Below, one piece after another: positions 8,955 to 17,504 of a stretch of 24,000 nt of DNA. Below the pieces are notes generated by a model. That model searched no databases and had not been told where the DNA came from. It saw only the letters and a program-made list of their open reading frames with translations. The stretch comes from Coprobacillus cateniformis. Its GTDB lineage: Bacteria > Bacillota_I > Bacilli_A > Erysipelotrichales > Coprobacillaceae. The position numbers were made by a program, and so were the translations under genes. Each line of letters starts with the position of its first letter. Position 1 is the stretch's first letter. The stretch spans positions 708,342 to 732,341 of the forward strand of contig NZ_WSNW01000001.1 in the NCBI RefSeq assembly GCF_009767585.1, given 5' to 3'.

Positions 8955-10061
8955 CTATATGTTTGCAAGATAATAGATACCAAGAGCGTATATTTTTGCA
9001 TTTGTTATAATATCCTCAACTCTCATCCATTCATTTGGTTGATGACCAATTCCTTTTTGGCCAGGAAAACTAGGTCCAAAGGGAACAATATGAGGCATTA
9101 ATTTTGCATAAGTTCCGCCTGTTGTTGTCACAGGAGTCCCATCTTCATTGGTTATTCTTTCATATGCTTGTTGTAAACATTTCACCATTGGGCATTCTTT
9201 ATCAAAACGAACTGGTTGATAATGATGAACACAAGTCACTTGAAAATCTTTGGCTTTGTTTTGAATGGTTTGAATCATCTCTGTAAGAGAAACACTTGCT
9301 GGATAAGAAAAAGTCACTGAAAATATCATTTGATGATTTTCATGTTTCAATTGATAATTACGCATCTCATTCATTCCAAATTCCTCATCTTGGTAATCCA
9401 CACCTAATCTTTCACCATTAGGTTTTGCATTCATAAAATAAGTATTCACAAAAGCTAAGAATTCATCCAAATTCTTTTCATCAGTTGCAATTTCAATAAC
9501 TGCTCTCCCACGTTCGCCATAAACAACAGGATATTTACAATCAGGTGTCCATCCCATAACAGGTGGTTTTTCATAATGAAGATAGTATTCTAAATCCTCA
9601 AATCCTGATTCTTCGTCACAACCAAAAATAATACGAACTGGTTTCTTTAATTCTATCTGTAATAATTTTAACGCATATAAAGCATATAAACAACTTAATA
9701 TTGGTCCTTTATTATCTAAAATACCTCTTGAATATATAATGCCATTTTCTTCATAGCCACTAAAAGGTGGATGTTTCCATCCTTCACCCTCCTCAACAAC
9801 ATCTAAATGACCAATAACTCCTATATAATCTTCACCTTCGCCATACTGAGCCCAGCCAATATAATGATTTAAGTTTTTTGTTTGAAACCCTAATCTTTCA
9901 GCCAACTTCAAAGTCTCTTCTAAAGTTATAGCAATATCTTTCCCAAATGGTGCATCCTTTGAAGCTAAAGACTTTACACTTGGATAACGTACAATTGTTT
10001 TAATATCTTCAATCATCGCTAAAGAGATATCTTCAACCTGTTTAATAATTTTCTCTTCCAT
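8955..10061 (-). CDS. M20-family dipeptidase, PepV/Sapep-like with a shortened lid domain
   Basis: 368 aa with M20 metal-ligand and catalytic blocks: VIGHLDVVEEGEGWKHPPF, SRGILDNKGP, GCDEESGFEDLEYY, TGGTYA. The N-terminal half is collinear with PepV. There is no signal peptide. Confidence 0.85.
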   Translation of the reverse strand: MEEKIIKQVEDISLAMIEDIKTIVRYPSVKSLASKDAPFGKDIAITLEETLKLAERLGFQTKNLNHYIGWAQYGEGEDYIGVIGHLDVVEEGEGWKHPPFSGYEENGIIYSRGILDNKGPILSCLYALYALKLLQIELKKPVRIIFGCDEESGFEDLEYYLHYEKPPVMGWTPDCKYPVVYGERGRAVIEIATDEKNLDEFLAFVNTYFMNAKPNGERLGVDYQDEEFGMNEMRNYQLKHENHQMIFSVTFSYPASVSLTEMIQTIQNKAKDFQVTCVHHYQPVRFDKECPMVKCLQQAYERITNEDGTPVTTTGGTYAKLMPHIVPFGPSFPGQKGIGHQPNEWMRVEDIITNAKIYALGIYYLANI

Positions 10062-10062
10062 A

Positions 10063-11019
10063 TTATTTTTCTTCTAAGGGAGCCATTCTTGTTTTCATAT
10101 AGTTGTCTAACCATTCTTGACTTGCTTCTTCATGCTGGCATTTCCCATCAACACGCTTTGTTAAATAAACAATAGGTTTTTGTAAAGCTGTTGCGACTGC
10201 AAAAGAAAAGCCTTCAATATTGGTAGCAACGCCCCACTCTCCTTTATTATTCATAGCAATTAATGAAAGATCTCCAGCACTCCCTCTTCTTTCTATTAAT
10301 GTTTTTTCTAAATCATTAACTGCTTTTTCACAAGCTGCTTGGGGATGCATTCCTTCTTTCATTAAACGAACAATTTCATAAGAAATACACCCCTTCATTA
10401 AGTCTTCACCTAATCCTGTTGCACTTGCTCCACCAACATGAGAATCTACATAAAATCCAGAGCCAACAATTGGAGAATCTCCAACACGCCCTTTTTTCTT
10501 CATAAATAATCCACTTGTAGATGTTGCTGATGTCATCTTTCCATTCATATCTAAACAAACCATACCAACTGTATCATGTCCTGCATAAGGCTTAATTGTT
10601 TGATTTTGAACTTCTTTAACACGATTTTTATAATGAATCTTTGCACGTTTTGTAAGCATATTCTTTCTTTCAAAACCTTCTTGATGAGCAAATTTTTCTG
10701 CTCCTTCACCAACCAATAAACAATTCACTTTTTCTTTTGATAATCGTTTTGCAATAGAAACTGGATTAGCAAAGTCCTTAATAGCAGCAACTGCTCCAAT
10801 ATCAAAAGTATCTCCATCCATAAAAGCAGCATCTAATTCCACTTCCATATTTTCATTAGGAAGTCCACCATAACCTACTGACTTATAATATTCAAAATCC
10901 TCTACTGCCCTAATTGCAGTTTCAATTGCTGCTCCAGCATCACCATGATTTTCTAAAAGTTCACTTGCTTCACTAATACCTTCTACAGCCATACGCCAAG
11001 TTGCGATAATACCCCACAT
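10063..11019 (-). CDS. Ntn-hydrolase of the asparaginase_2 family, most similar to glycosylasparaginase (N4-(beta-N-acetylglucosaminyl)-L-asparaginase); isoaspartyl peptidase is the alternative
   Basis: The autoprocessing and nucleophile context GHDTVGMVCLD resembles the AGA-type HDTIGM motif. Also present are the N-terminal IATWRMA block and the C-terminal GDSPIVGSGFYVD and GASATGLGEDLM blocks. I chose the start at ATG 11019 (MWGIIATW...), with SD AAGGAGG 8 nt upstream; the ORF-track start at 11040 is TTG. There is no signal peptide. Confidence 0.75.
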   Translation of the reverse strand: MWGIIATWRMAVEGISEASELLENHGDAGAAIETAIRAVEDFEYYKSVGYGGLPNENMEVELDAAFMDGDTFDIGAVAAIKDFANPVSIAKRLSKEKVNCLLVGEGAEKFAHQEGFERKNMLTKRAKIHYKNRVKEVQNQTIKPYAGHDTVGMVCLDMNGKMTSATSTSGLFMKKKGRVGDSPIVGSGFYVDSHVGGASATGLGEDLMKGCISYEIVRLMKEGMHPQAACEKAVNDLEKTLIERRGSAGDLSLIAMNNKGEWGVATNIEGFSFAVATALQKPIVYLTKRVDGKCQHEEASQEWLDNYMKTRMAPLEEK

Positions 11020-11063
11020 GTTTTTAACCTCCTTTAACAAACAAAACTGAGAATATCCCAGTT

Positions 11064-11387
11064 TTATTTTTTTGCTTTCTTCATTTCTCTAATTGCTGTT
11101 TTTAATACTTTTTCACCATCCATCAAACCATAATCACTTGAATCAATGACTGTAATAGGTTTTCCGTTTTGACCATAACGATCAACTGTATCTTGTAATA
11201 AATATTTTACTTGAGGTCCCAATAAAATGCAATCAGGATTTTTTGATTCAATAATTTCTCCTAATGTTCCAATTGGAAAAGCCTTCACTTCAAATGGTAA
11301 ATTATGTGCATTAGCAACATCTTGCATATTTTGTGCCAACAAACTTGTTGACATCCCATTACTACAAAATAAATAAATTTTTTTCAT
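11064..11387 (-). CDS. PTS EIIB component, lactose/cellobiose family (paralogue 1)
   Basis: 107 aa. MKKIYLFCSNGMSTSLLA carries the phospho-Cys at residue 8, and LLGPQVKY is present. Size is typical. Confidence 0.9.
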   Translation of the reverse strand: MKKIYLFCSNGMSTSLLAQNMQDVANAHNLPFEVKAFPIGTLGEIIESKNPDCILLGPQVKYLLQDTVDRYGQNGKPITVIDSSDYGLMDGEKVLKTAIREMKKAKK

Positions 11388-11400
11388 TTCATTATTCCTC

Positions 11401-11730
11401 CTATAATATCTTTTTTTCTAGATCAAATATTCTCTGATAACAAACATTCATCTCTTGAGCAAAAACCTTAACCTGCTCTACTGACATGACTTGATCTTGT
11501 GCATGAATAAGTAAAAGATGATAATCATTTAAAATCCCATTCACTTCTTCTTGAGTCAATTGATTTTGAATACTATAAATTTGTGAAAACATATCATCAC
11601 CTTGACAAATCAACTCTTTTGCCTTTTCAAAATCATTATGTCTTGCTTCTTTAATCGACTTCATATAACTTGCTTTCGCTTCTCCAACAATTGAAATCAT
11701 TAAGAAACATTTCTTTACTGATTCATCCAT
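11401..11730 (-). CDS. PTS EIIA component, lactose/cellobiose family
   Basis: Helical EIIA-Lac pattern (ISIVGEAKASYMKSIKEARHNDFEKAKELI...) with the phospho-His context LLLIHAQDQVMS. I chose the start at ATG 11730 (MDESVKK); the GTG at 11739 lies too close to the predicted transcription start and has no SD. Confidence 0.85.
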   Translation of the reverse strand: MDESVKKCFLMISIVGEAKASYMKSIKEARHNDFEKAKELICQGDDMFSQIYSIQNQLTQEEVNGILNDYHLLLIHAQDQVMSVEQVKVFAQEMNVCYQRIFDLEKKIL

Positions 11731-11798
11731 TCCTTTCACCCCTTATCAAATCCATACTTATTGTACACTTGTTTACTGATTTCTTCTTTTAACTGTTT

Positions 11799-11815
11799 TT
11801 CCTAGCACTTAGGAA
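11799..11815. promoter_or_regulatory. Operator site A (TTCCTAGCACTTAGGAA) plus activator-dependent promoter of the EIIA-EIIB-amidase-M20-cutC-yitT operon
   Basis: 17-bp inverted repeat TTCCTA-N5-TAGGAA. Exactly 33 nt further on the minus strand is -10 TACAAT (11765-11760). There is no -35 match at the 17-nt position (AAGAAG). Confidence 0.7.
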
Positions 11816-11832
11816 AAATATACTTATGTTAT

Positions 11833-11849
11833 TTCCTAATGATTAGGAA
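11833..11849. promoter_or_regulatory. Operator site B (TTCCTAATGATTAGGAA) plus activator-dependent promoter of the M3-M19 operon
   Basis: 17-bp inverted repeat. 32 nt downstream on the plus strand is -10 TATACT (11882-11887), with no -35 match. The centre lies 34 bp from the centre of site A in the divergent intergenic region. Confidence 0.7.
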
Positions 11850-11911
11850 GAAGATTTCAATAATATAAATATCTTTTGATTTATACTTATATTTGCAAAG
11901 GAGGAATATCT

Positions 11912-13654
11912 ATGAATTATAAATGGTCATTAGATGCATTATATAAAGATTACCAAGATATCTCATATAGAAATGATTTTGCTATATATAAAAAATTACA
12001 TTCTGATATGTCTAATTATATACAAACAATGAGTACTAGTGAGTTATCAGTCAAAACAGGTTTACAACTATTAGAAAAAGAATATGACTATGGATATCGT
12101 TTAAAAATCTATTCCCAACTCATACAAGCAATAGATTCACAAAACAAAAAAGCTATATCTGAATTACAAAAAATCTCAACATTACAATCATCAAATATAC
12201 AACTCATAGAAACCATTCAAAGACATCTTGGTTCTCTCACAATTGATTCTAATGATGAAATGATTTTAGATTATCAATATTATTTACATAGATTAAGTGA
12301 AAAACAGAAATATACATTAGAAAATTCACAACAAGAAATTCTTTCAAGTCTTTATCCTTATACACTTAAATCTATGAGTGATATGTATTATCATTTAACA
12401 TCAACAGCACATCATACATGTTTAGGTAAAGATATGACATTAACACAAATTAAAAATCTCTGCCATCATCCAAAACAAAGCACAAGGAAAGAAGCATTTC
12501 TAAATGAATTAGCTTGTTATAAAACAATTGAACAGCCACTCTCATTTGCTCTTAACAATATCAAACAACAACAATTATATATATCAAAACAAGAAGGCTA
12601 CAAAGATCCTTTAGATAAAATGTTAAAAGAAAGTGATATGCAAATAGAAACATTGGAGGCTATGATGTCATCTGTTGAAGAGTATTTGCCAATTTTTCAA
12701 GAGTTTCTTTATACCAAAGCTAAGAAATTAGGTCATCACAATGGTATGCCATGGTATGATATTTATGCAACTATTGGTGAATGTCATTATTCCTTCACGA
12801 TTGAAGAATGTGAAAATATCATTTTACAATACTTTAAAGAAGTCGATAATTCTTTATATCAAATGACATTGCAGGCATTCGCAGAGAAATGGATTGACTA
12901 TCCAAGTACTAAAGGTAAACAAGGAGGAGCTTTTTGTGAAAATTTAGCTTGGATAAAACAAAGTCGACTAATGACTAATTACAATTCAACATTAAGTGAT
13001 GTTGTAACAGTGGCACATGAATTAGGTCATGCTTATCATGGTCATATGATTGAAAATCAACGCCCATTAAATCGTAAATACTGCATGCCACTTGCTGAAA
13101 CAGCTTCAATGTTTAATGAAAATATTATTTATAATTCATTCTATCAAAAAGCTGATCAAAATAACAAACCAATCATATTAGATATTCAACTTTCTGCATT
13201 ATGCCAAGTCATTTGTGATATTTATGCAAGATATACTTTTGAAAAATCAGTATTTAAGAATATTGAAAAAGGATTTTTATTTGCTGAAGATCTGAATCAA
13301 TTAATGCTGCAGGCTTTAAAAAAAGCTTTAGGTAAAGGTCTTGATGAGAAATACCTCCATCCTTATCGCTGGATTACAAAAGTGCATTATTATATTCCAG
13401 ATATAGCTTATTATAATTTTCCATATACATTTGGTGCCTTATTTTCAAGAGGTCTTTATACTATGTATCAAACAGATCAAACATTCTTTACAAATTATCA
13501 AAATCTTCTACGTGCATCAACAACACATAGTGTTGAAGAAACTGCTGCAATAGCTGGAATTGATTTAACAAAGAAAGATTTCTGGCAACAATCACTAGCC
13601 TCTATTCAACAACAAATGCAACAATTTTTAGATTTATTGGAGGAAACAAAATGA
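11912..13654 (+). CDS. M3B-family oligoendopeptidase (PepF-like)
   Basis: Zinc motif HELGHAYH with a downstream E (AETASMFNE), and the typical N-terminus WSLDALYKDY. I chose the start at ATG 11912 with SD AAAGGAGGA 7 nt upstream. The ORF-track TTG at 11876 lies upstream of the predicted -10. Confidence 0.85.
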   Translation: MNYKWSLDALYKDYQDISYRNDFAIYKKLHSDMSNYIQTMSTSELSVKTGLQLLEKEYDYGYRLKIYSQLIQAIDSQNKKAISELQKISTLQSSNIQLIETIQRHLGSLTIDSNDEMILDYQYYLHRLSEKQKYTLENSQQEILSSLYPYTLKSMSDMYYHLTSTAHHTCLGKDMTLTQIKNLCHHPKQSTRKEAFLNELACYKTIEQPLSFALNNIKQQQLYISKQEGYKDPLDKMLKESDMQIETLEAMMSSVEEYLPIFQEFLYTKAKKLGHHNGMPWYDIYATIGECHYSFTIEECENIILQYFKEVDNSLYQMTLQAFAEKWIDYPSTKGKQGGAFCENLAWIKQSRLMTNYNSTLSDVVTVAHELGHAYHGHMIENQRPLNRKYCMPLAETASMFNENIIYNSFYQKADQNNKPIILDIQLSALCQVICDIYARYTFEKSVFKNIEKGFLFAEDLNQLMLQALKKALGKGLDEKYLHPYRWITKVHYYIPDIAYYNFPYTFGALFSRGLYTMYQTDQTFFTNYQNLLRASTTHSVEETAAIAGIDLTKKDFWQQSLASIQQQMQQFLDLLEETK

Positions 13655-14559
13655 AAATCTGCAATCTCCATGATGATATTGGAACTGATATTTATGAGCA
13701 TCGATATGATGATCCTCAACGTTTAGATAATTATCATTATCCTAAAATGAAAGCTGGAGAAATAAAAATGACAGCTCTTGTTTGTTGTTTTACAGGACAA
13801 CAAACATATAAAGAAATGCAAGCACAAGTTCTTTATCTTGAACAACAAATTGAACAAAGTCTTTATTTTTCATATGATAATTCTAAAGATATACAATGTT
13901 TTATCGCATTAGAAGGCTTATGCGGTATCCAAAGTGATGTGACAAGGAAGATTCAATGGTTATATCAGCATCATGTAAGACTAGCTGCTTTATGTTGGAA
14001 TGATGATAATGCATTAGCATGCGGAGCAAAAGCTGGAAATAAACCTTTAACCGATTTAGGTAAAGAATGTATTATAGCAATGAATGATATCAATATGGCA
14101 ATTGATGTTTCACACTGCTGTGAATGGAACTTTTATGATATTGCCAGAATTTCTAACAAACCTATTGTTGCAACTCATAGTAATGTGAAAGGTCTTTTCA
14201 ATCATTATCGCCATTTAAGTGATCCTTGTTTAGAAGTCTTGTATTCTCAAAATGGGCTCATCGGGGCTATTCCAGTTCGCTGGTTTGTTACAAGAGATGA
14301 AACGAAACAAACTCTAGATGAATTCATAAATATCATCGATTATCTTAAAAACAAAGTAGGTATTAGACATATTGCTTTAGGATTTGATTTTATGGATTAT
14401 ATAGATGATGCTCCTTGTATGGTTGAAGGTTTAGAAAGTATTGCCAATGCACAAAATGTTGTCAAAAAATTATACGATAGAGGTTACAGTGAAAACGAGG
14501 TCAAAGCCATCTGCTTTGATAATGCTTATCACTATATATTACCTTATTTGAAATATTGA
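13651..14559 (+). CDS. M19-family (renal-type) dipeptidase
   Basis: 302 aa. The N-terminal metal-binding H-x-D (CNLHDDIG) and the block IDVSHCCEWNFYDIARISNKPIVATHSNVKGLFNHYRHLSD are collinear with the M19 DxSH...SHSN...H.RN..D pattern. ATGA overlap with the M3 gene stop (13651-13654). Confidence 0.85.
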   Translation: MKICNLHDDIGTDIYEHRYDDPQRLDNYHYPKMKAGEIKMTALVCCFTGQQTYKEMQAQVLYLEQQIEQSLYFSYDNSKDIQCFIALEGLCGIQSDVTRKIQWLYQHHVRLAALCWNDDNALACGAKAGNKPLTDLGKECIIAMNDINMAIDVSHCCEWNFYDIARISNKPIVATHSNVKGLFNHYRHLSDPCLEVLYSQNGLIGAIPVRWFVTRDETKQTLDEFINIIDYLKNKVGIRHIALGFDFMDYIDDAPCMVEGLESIANAQNVVKKLYDRGYSENEVKAICFDNAYHYILPYLKY

Positions 14560-14590
14560 AATGAGAACCTCCCTTTCTCATATAAAAAAG

Positions 14591-14655
14591 ACTGTCATGT
14601 GTTTATTATTTGAACATACAAATAATAAAGTTCACTTTAATGACAGTTTTTTTTA
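14591..14655 (+). terminator. Rho-independent terminator of the M3-M19 operon (long two-tier hairpin)
   Basis: Outer stem ACTGTCAT (14591-14598) / ATGACAGT (14640-14647). Inner perfect 11-bp stem TTTATTATTTG (14602-14612) / CAAATAATAAA (14619-14629). A run of 9 T follows (14647-14655). Confidence 0.6.
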
Positions 14656-15160
14656 TTAAAAATTTGGATGTGTCAGAAAATAGTTTCATTATACTTGCTT
14701 AAAACTAACAACACATAAGATCATAAATCATCATGAAACAAAAGAAGAGTTATAGTTGAAAACAGTGCGACTTACAAACAATAGAAATTATCTGGTAGAC
14801 AGATTGATAAAGATTTTAACATTATTTAAAGATTGAGACTATTGAAAGACTGAAGGAAATTTTAGTTTTAAAAGAGGAAGAAATGTTAAAGGAGATGATC
14901 GCTAACAGATTGCTTGAATGACATGAAGAAATAAAAAACACATTTATCAAGTTGCTGAAATGATTTATGCTAATGAAACACTATGAGCAACATATGCAAT
15001 ACAAAGATTTCAAGATGCTTTAAGAAAACTGTTTATAAATTGGCACATAAGCTCAATAAAAACAATGTGATAAACTCTTACTGCTTAGAACTTACTATTG
15101 CTTTTTAACAACTATCATTTTTATTCCATTCTATTATTTTTAACTAAGAATATTGCATGA

Positions 15161-15213
15161 AAACAAAAAAGTCATATAACTATTATGTTCAATAGTCTTA
15201 TGACTTCCTTTTT
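15161..15213 (-). terminator. Rho-independent terminator of the M42 operon (symmetrical, could act in both directions)
   Basis: Stem AAGTCATA (15169-15176) / TATGACTT (15199-15206) with an imperfect inner extension. It is flanked by an A-run at 15161-15170 (T-run on the minus strand) and by TTTTT at 15209-15213. Confidence 0.65.
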
Positions 15214-15241
15214 AATTATTATTTTACTCTTAACATTTAAT

Positions 15242-16333
15242 TTATCTAAATTGTTGATCCAACGCTCTATATTTATCCCAATCTAATCTGCGACACAATT
15301 CTGCAATGGCTTCAACAGTTTGAACATAATCTTTACGATGAATAATTAAACGATGAGAATGCATATAACGAGTTGGTATACTCAATGTCATACAAATGAT
15401 CCCATCATACGCTTTATGGATATTATCAGCATCTGTACCACCTACTGTCATCATATCATAATTGATATCTAAGTTTAAATCATGACAAATTGCTTCCATT
15501 TCTTTTAATAATGCTTTATGTCCAATAATTCCAGCATCCATAATGCTTAAAACAACACCTTTTCCAAGCTGAATTGTTCCTTGATCAGCTGGTGTATCCA
15601 TTGCAGTTGTGACATCTAATGCAATTGCAATATCAGGATGAATCAAATTGGCGGCTGTCCTCGCACCTCTTAAACCCACTTCTTCTTGTACTGTTCCTAC
15701 AGCATAGACGTCTGCTGTAATATCATCATTTTGAATACGTTCTAAAACTTCAATAGCAGCTGCTGCACATAAACGATCATCCCAAGCTTTTCCCATTAAA
15801 TAATTTGGATTATTCATCACTTCAAATTGTGTATCAGGAGTTATCATATCACCTATTTGAATACCTAAATCTAATACTTCTTGACGATTATCCACACCTA
15901 AATCAAGAAATAAATCAATTGGTTTCATAACCTTTTCTTTGACTTCCTTTGGTAAACCATGTGGAGCACTGCTCCCTACAACTCCATGATATCTCTTTCC
16001 AGTTGCTGTTGTCACATAAAGGGTTTGAGCAGGCAAAACATGACCCCACCAGCCTCCAACTGGCAACATATGTATAAATCCATTCTCATCAATATCTCTA
16101 ACCAAAAAACCAACTTCGTCCATATGACCTGCAATCATAATCTTTGGACCCAAATGTCCTTTCTTAAGACCAATAATCGAACCCAAATGATCATATGTAA
16201 TTTCATCACATATTGGTGCCATATATTTTTTCATAACTCGACTAACTTCTTTTTCACATCCTGATATGCCATGAGCTTCGCTCATTTCCCTAATTAAATC
16301 TAAATTGATATTTCCATAAGGTTCTTTAGCCAT
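15242..16333 (-). CDS. M42-family aminopeptidase (FrvX/CelM/YsdC-like), paralogue 2
   Basis: Motifs IAGHMDEVGFLV, KAWDDRLC and VQEEVGLRGARTAA. I chose the start at ATG 16333 (MAKEPYGNINLD...), with SD GAGG 8 nt upstream and lying 10 nt after the stop of the upstream gene. The ORF-track start at 16423 would create an 80-nt overlap. Confidence 0.85.
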   Translation of the reverse strand: MAKEPYGNINLDLIREMSEAHGISGCEKEVSRVMKKYMAPICDEITYDHLGSIIGLKKGHLGPKIMIAGHMDEVGFLVRDIDENGFIHMLPVGGWWGHVLPAQTLYVTTATGKRYHGVVGSSAPHGLPKEVKEKVMKPIDLFLDLGVDNRQEVLDLGIQIGDMITPDTQFEVMNNPNYLMGKAWDDRLCAAAAIEVLERIQNDDITADVYAVGTVQEEVGLRGARTAANLIHPDIAIALDVTTAMDTPADQGTIQLGKGVVLSIMDAGIIGHKALLKEMEAICHDLNLDINYDMMTVGGTDADNIHKAYDGIICMTLSIPTRYMHSHRLIIHRKDYVQTVEAIAELCRRLDWDKYRALDQQFR

Positions 16334-16343
16334 ATATTTACCT

Positions 16344-17396
16344 CTATCTATTTTCTTCTTTAAACATTTGAATTTTTGACTCATCAAGAGAAGTGAGAAT
16401 ATGAATGATTGCCTTTTTCGCATTCATATAGTCCCTTAAATCTATCATTGACTGACTTGTGTGACCACCTCTTGCACAAATACATGCACTTAGTGTTGGG
16501 CAACCAGAAAACAATTTATGTATCCATGCCGAATCGGTTTGACCCATATTATAGAAATATTGATAAGGAATATTATTTTTTTGACAAGTTTCTACAAGTT
16601 CATTTAAAAGAGCACGATTAGGCATCATTCCTTTATCATAATAACGAATCAATATACCTGCACCTAGTTTACCAATTTCATTATCTTTTCCCTGATAATC
16701 ATCTGCAAATGAACAATCCATAACAATACCCATATCTGGACGAATCAAGCCAGTTGCTGTTGTCGCTCCACGCATTCCCACTTCTTCTTGAACAGTGGCA
16801 CCTATATATAAATCATAATCCAATTCAACATCTTTTAAAGCTTCTAAAACCTCAACAGCCATAACACATCCATAACGATTATCCCATGCCTTAGAAAGAA
16901 TACGATTTTGGTTCAAAACTGTAAAAGGACCATCTAATACTGCACTATCACCAATACTCACCCCCATTGCTTCAACATCTTGTTTTGAAGTCGCTCCAAC
17001 ATCAATAAACATCTTTTTATCATCACACACTTCTACATCTTTTAATGAACAACCAATTGTTCCTGGCACTTCTTGTCCATCTTGTTTTAAAACACGAACA
17101 CGATGTGAGAGAAGAACTTGATTATCAATGCTCCCAATTTTTATAAATTTTAATAGGCCATTTGTAGTGACTTCAGTAATCATTAAACCCACTTCATCCA
17201 TATGGCCACATACCATGACCTTTTTTGCATTTTCTTTTTGACTTTTTTTAATTGCAAATAAACTTCCTAAATGATCATAAATCAGTTCATCACAATAGGG
17301 TTGTAAATATGATTTTAATAATTCAGAGACATATCTTTCATCTCCAGCAATTCCAATGACTTGTGTTAATTCTTCCATTAATTTTAAAGTATCCAT
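16344..17396 (-). CDS. M42-family aminopeptidase (FrvX/CelM/YsdC-like), paralogue 1
   Basis: Motifs VCGHMDEVGLMI, KAWDNRYGC and VQEEVGMRGATTAT. I chose the start at ATG 17396 (MDTLKLMEEL...), because the ATG at 17414 would fall at or upstream of the predicted transcription start of the promoter at 17419-17424. Confidence 0.85.
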   Translation of the reverse strand: MDTLKLMEELTQVIGIAGDERYVSELLKSYLQPYCDELIYDHLGSLFAIKKSQKENAKKVMVCGHMDEVGLMITEVTTNGLLKFIKIGSIDNQVLLSHRVRVLKQDGQEVPGTIGCSLKDVEVCDDKKMFIDVGATSKQDVEAMGVSIGDSAVLDGPFTVLNQNRILSKAWDNRYGCVMAVEVLEALKDVELDYDLYIGATVQEEVGMRGATTATGLIRPDMGIVMDCSFADDYQGKDNEIGKLGAGILIRYYDKGMMPNRALLNELVETCQKNNIPYQYFYNMGQTDSAWIHKLFSGCPTLSACICARGGHTSQSMIDLRDYMNAKKAIIHILTSLDESKIQMFKEENR

Positions 17397-17457
17397 AACA
17401 TACCTACCTTTCATTATTATTATAATTCTTAACAGACAATAACTTATGTAAGTTTCT

Positions 17458-17473
17458 TTCCTATTAAACGGAA
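17458..17473. promoter_or_regulatory. Operator site F (degenerate: TTCC-N8-GGAA, TTCCTATTAAACGGAA) plus promoter of the M42 pair
   Basis: One half-site is perfect (TTCCTA) and the other is weakened (ACGGAA). Exactly 33 nt downstream on the minus strand is TATAAT (17424-17419), the same geometry as the five strong sites. There is no -35 match. Confidence 0.5.
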
Positions 17474-17504
17474 AAAAAGAACATGCCTTTAATAAACATG
17501 TTCT
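17471..17504 (-). terminator. Possible (attenuating) terminator between the GrdB-like gene and the M42 genes
   Basis: Stem AGAACATG (17478-17485) / CATGTTCT (17497-17504) with an 11-nt loop. On the minus strand it is followed by TTTTTTT (17477-17471). The 5' arm lies inside the end of the upstream CDS. Confidence 0.5.

Noticed and set aside
14561-14581. Hairpin ATGAGAA-cctccct-TTCTCAT immediately after the M19 stop. On the minus strand it carries an SD-like AAGGGAGG.
   Set aside because: It has no T-run, so it is not a terminator by itself; the real terminator follows at 14591-14655. On the minus strand no start codon follows the SD-like sequence.
14883-15023. The possibility that TGA encodes Trp here (genetic code 4, or a recoded mobile gene), because two in-frame TGAs sit where Trp would fit well.
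   Set aside because: The host clearly uses TGA as a stop: cutC ends at 8203-8205 and the M3 peptidase at 13652-13654. It uses TGG for Trp throughout (pflB, SEDS, M20). TGG-to-TGA decay of a pseudogene is the simpler explanation.
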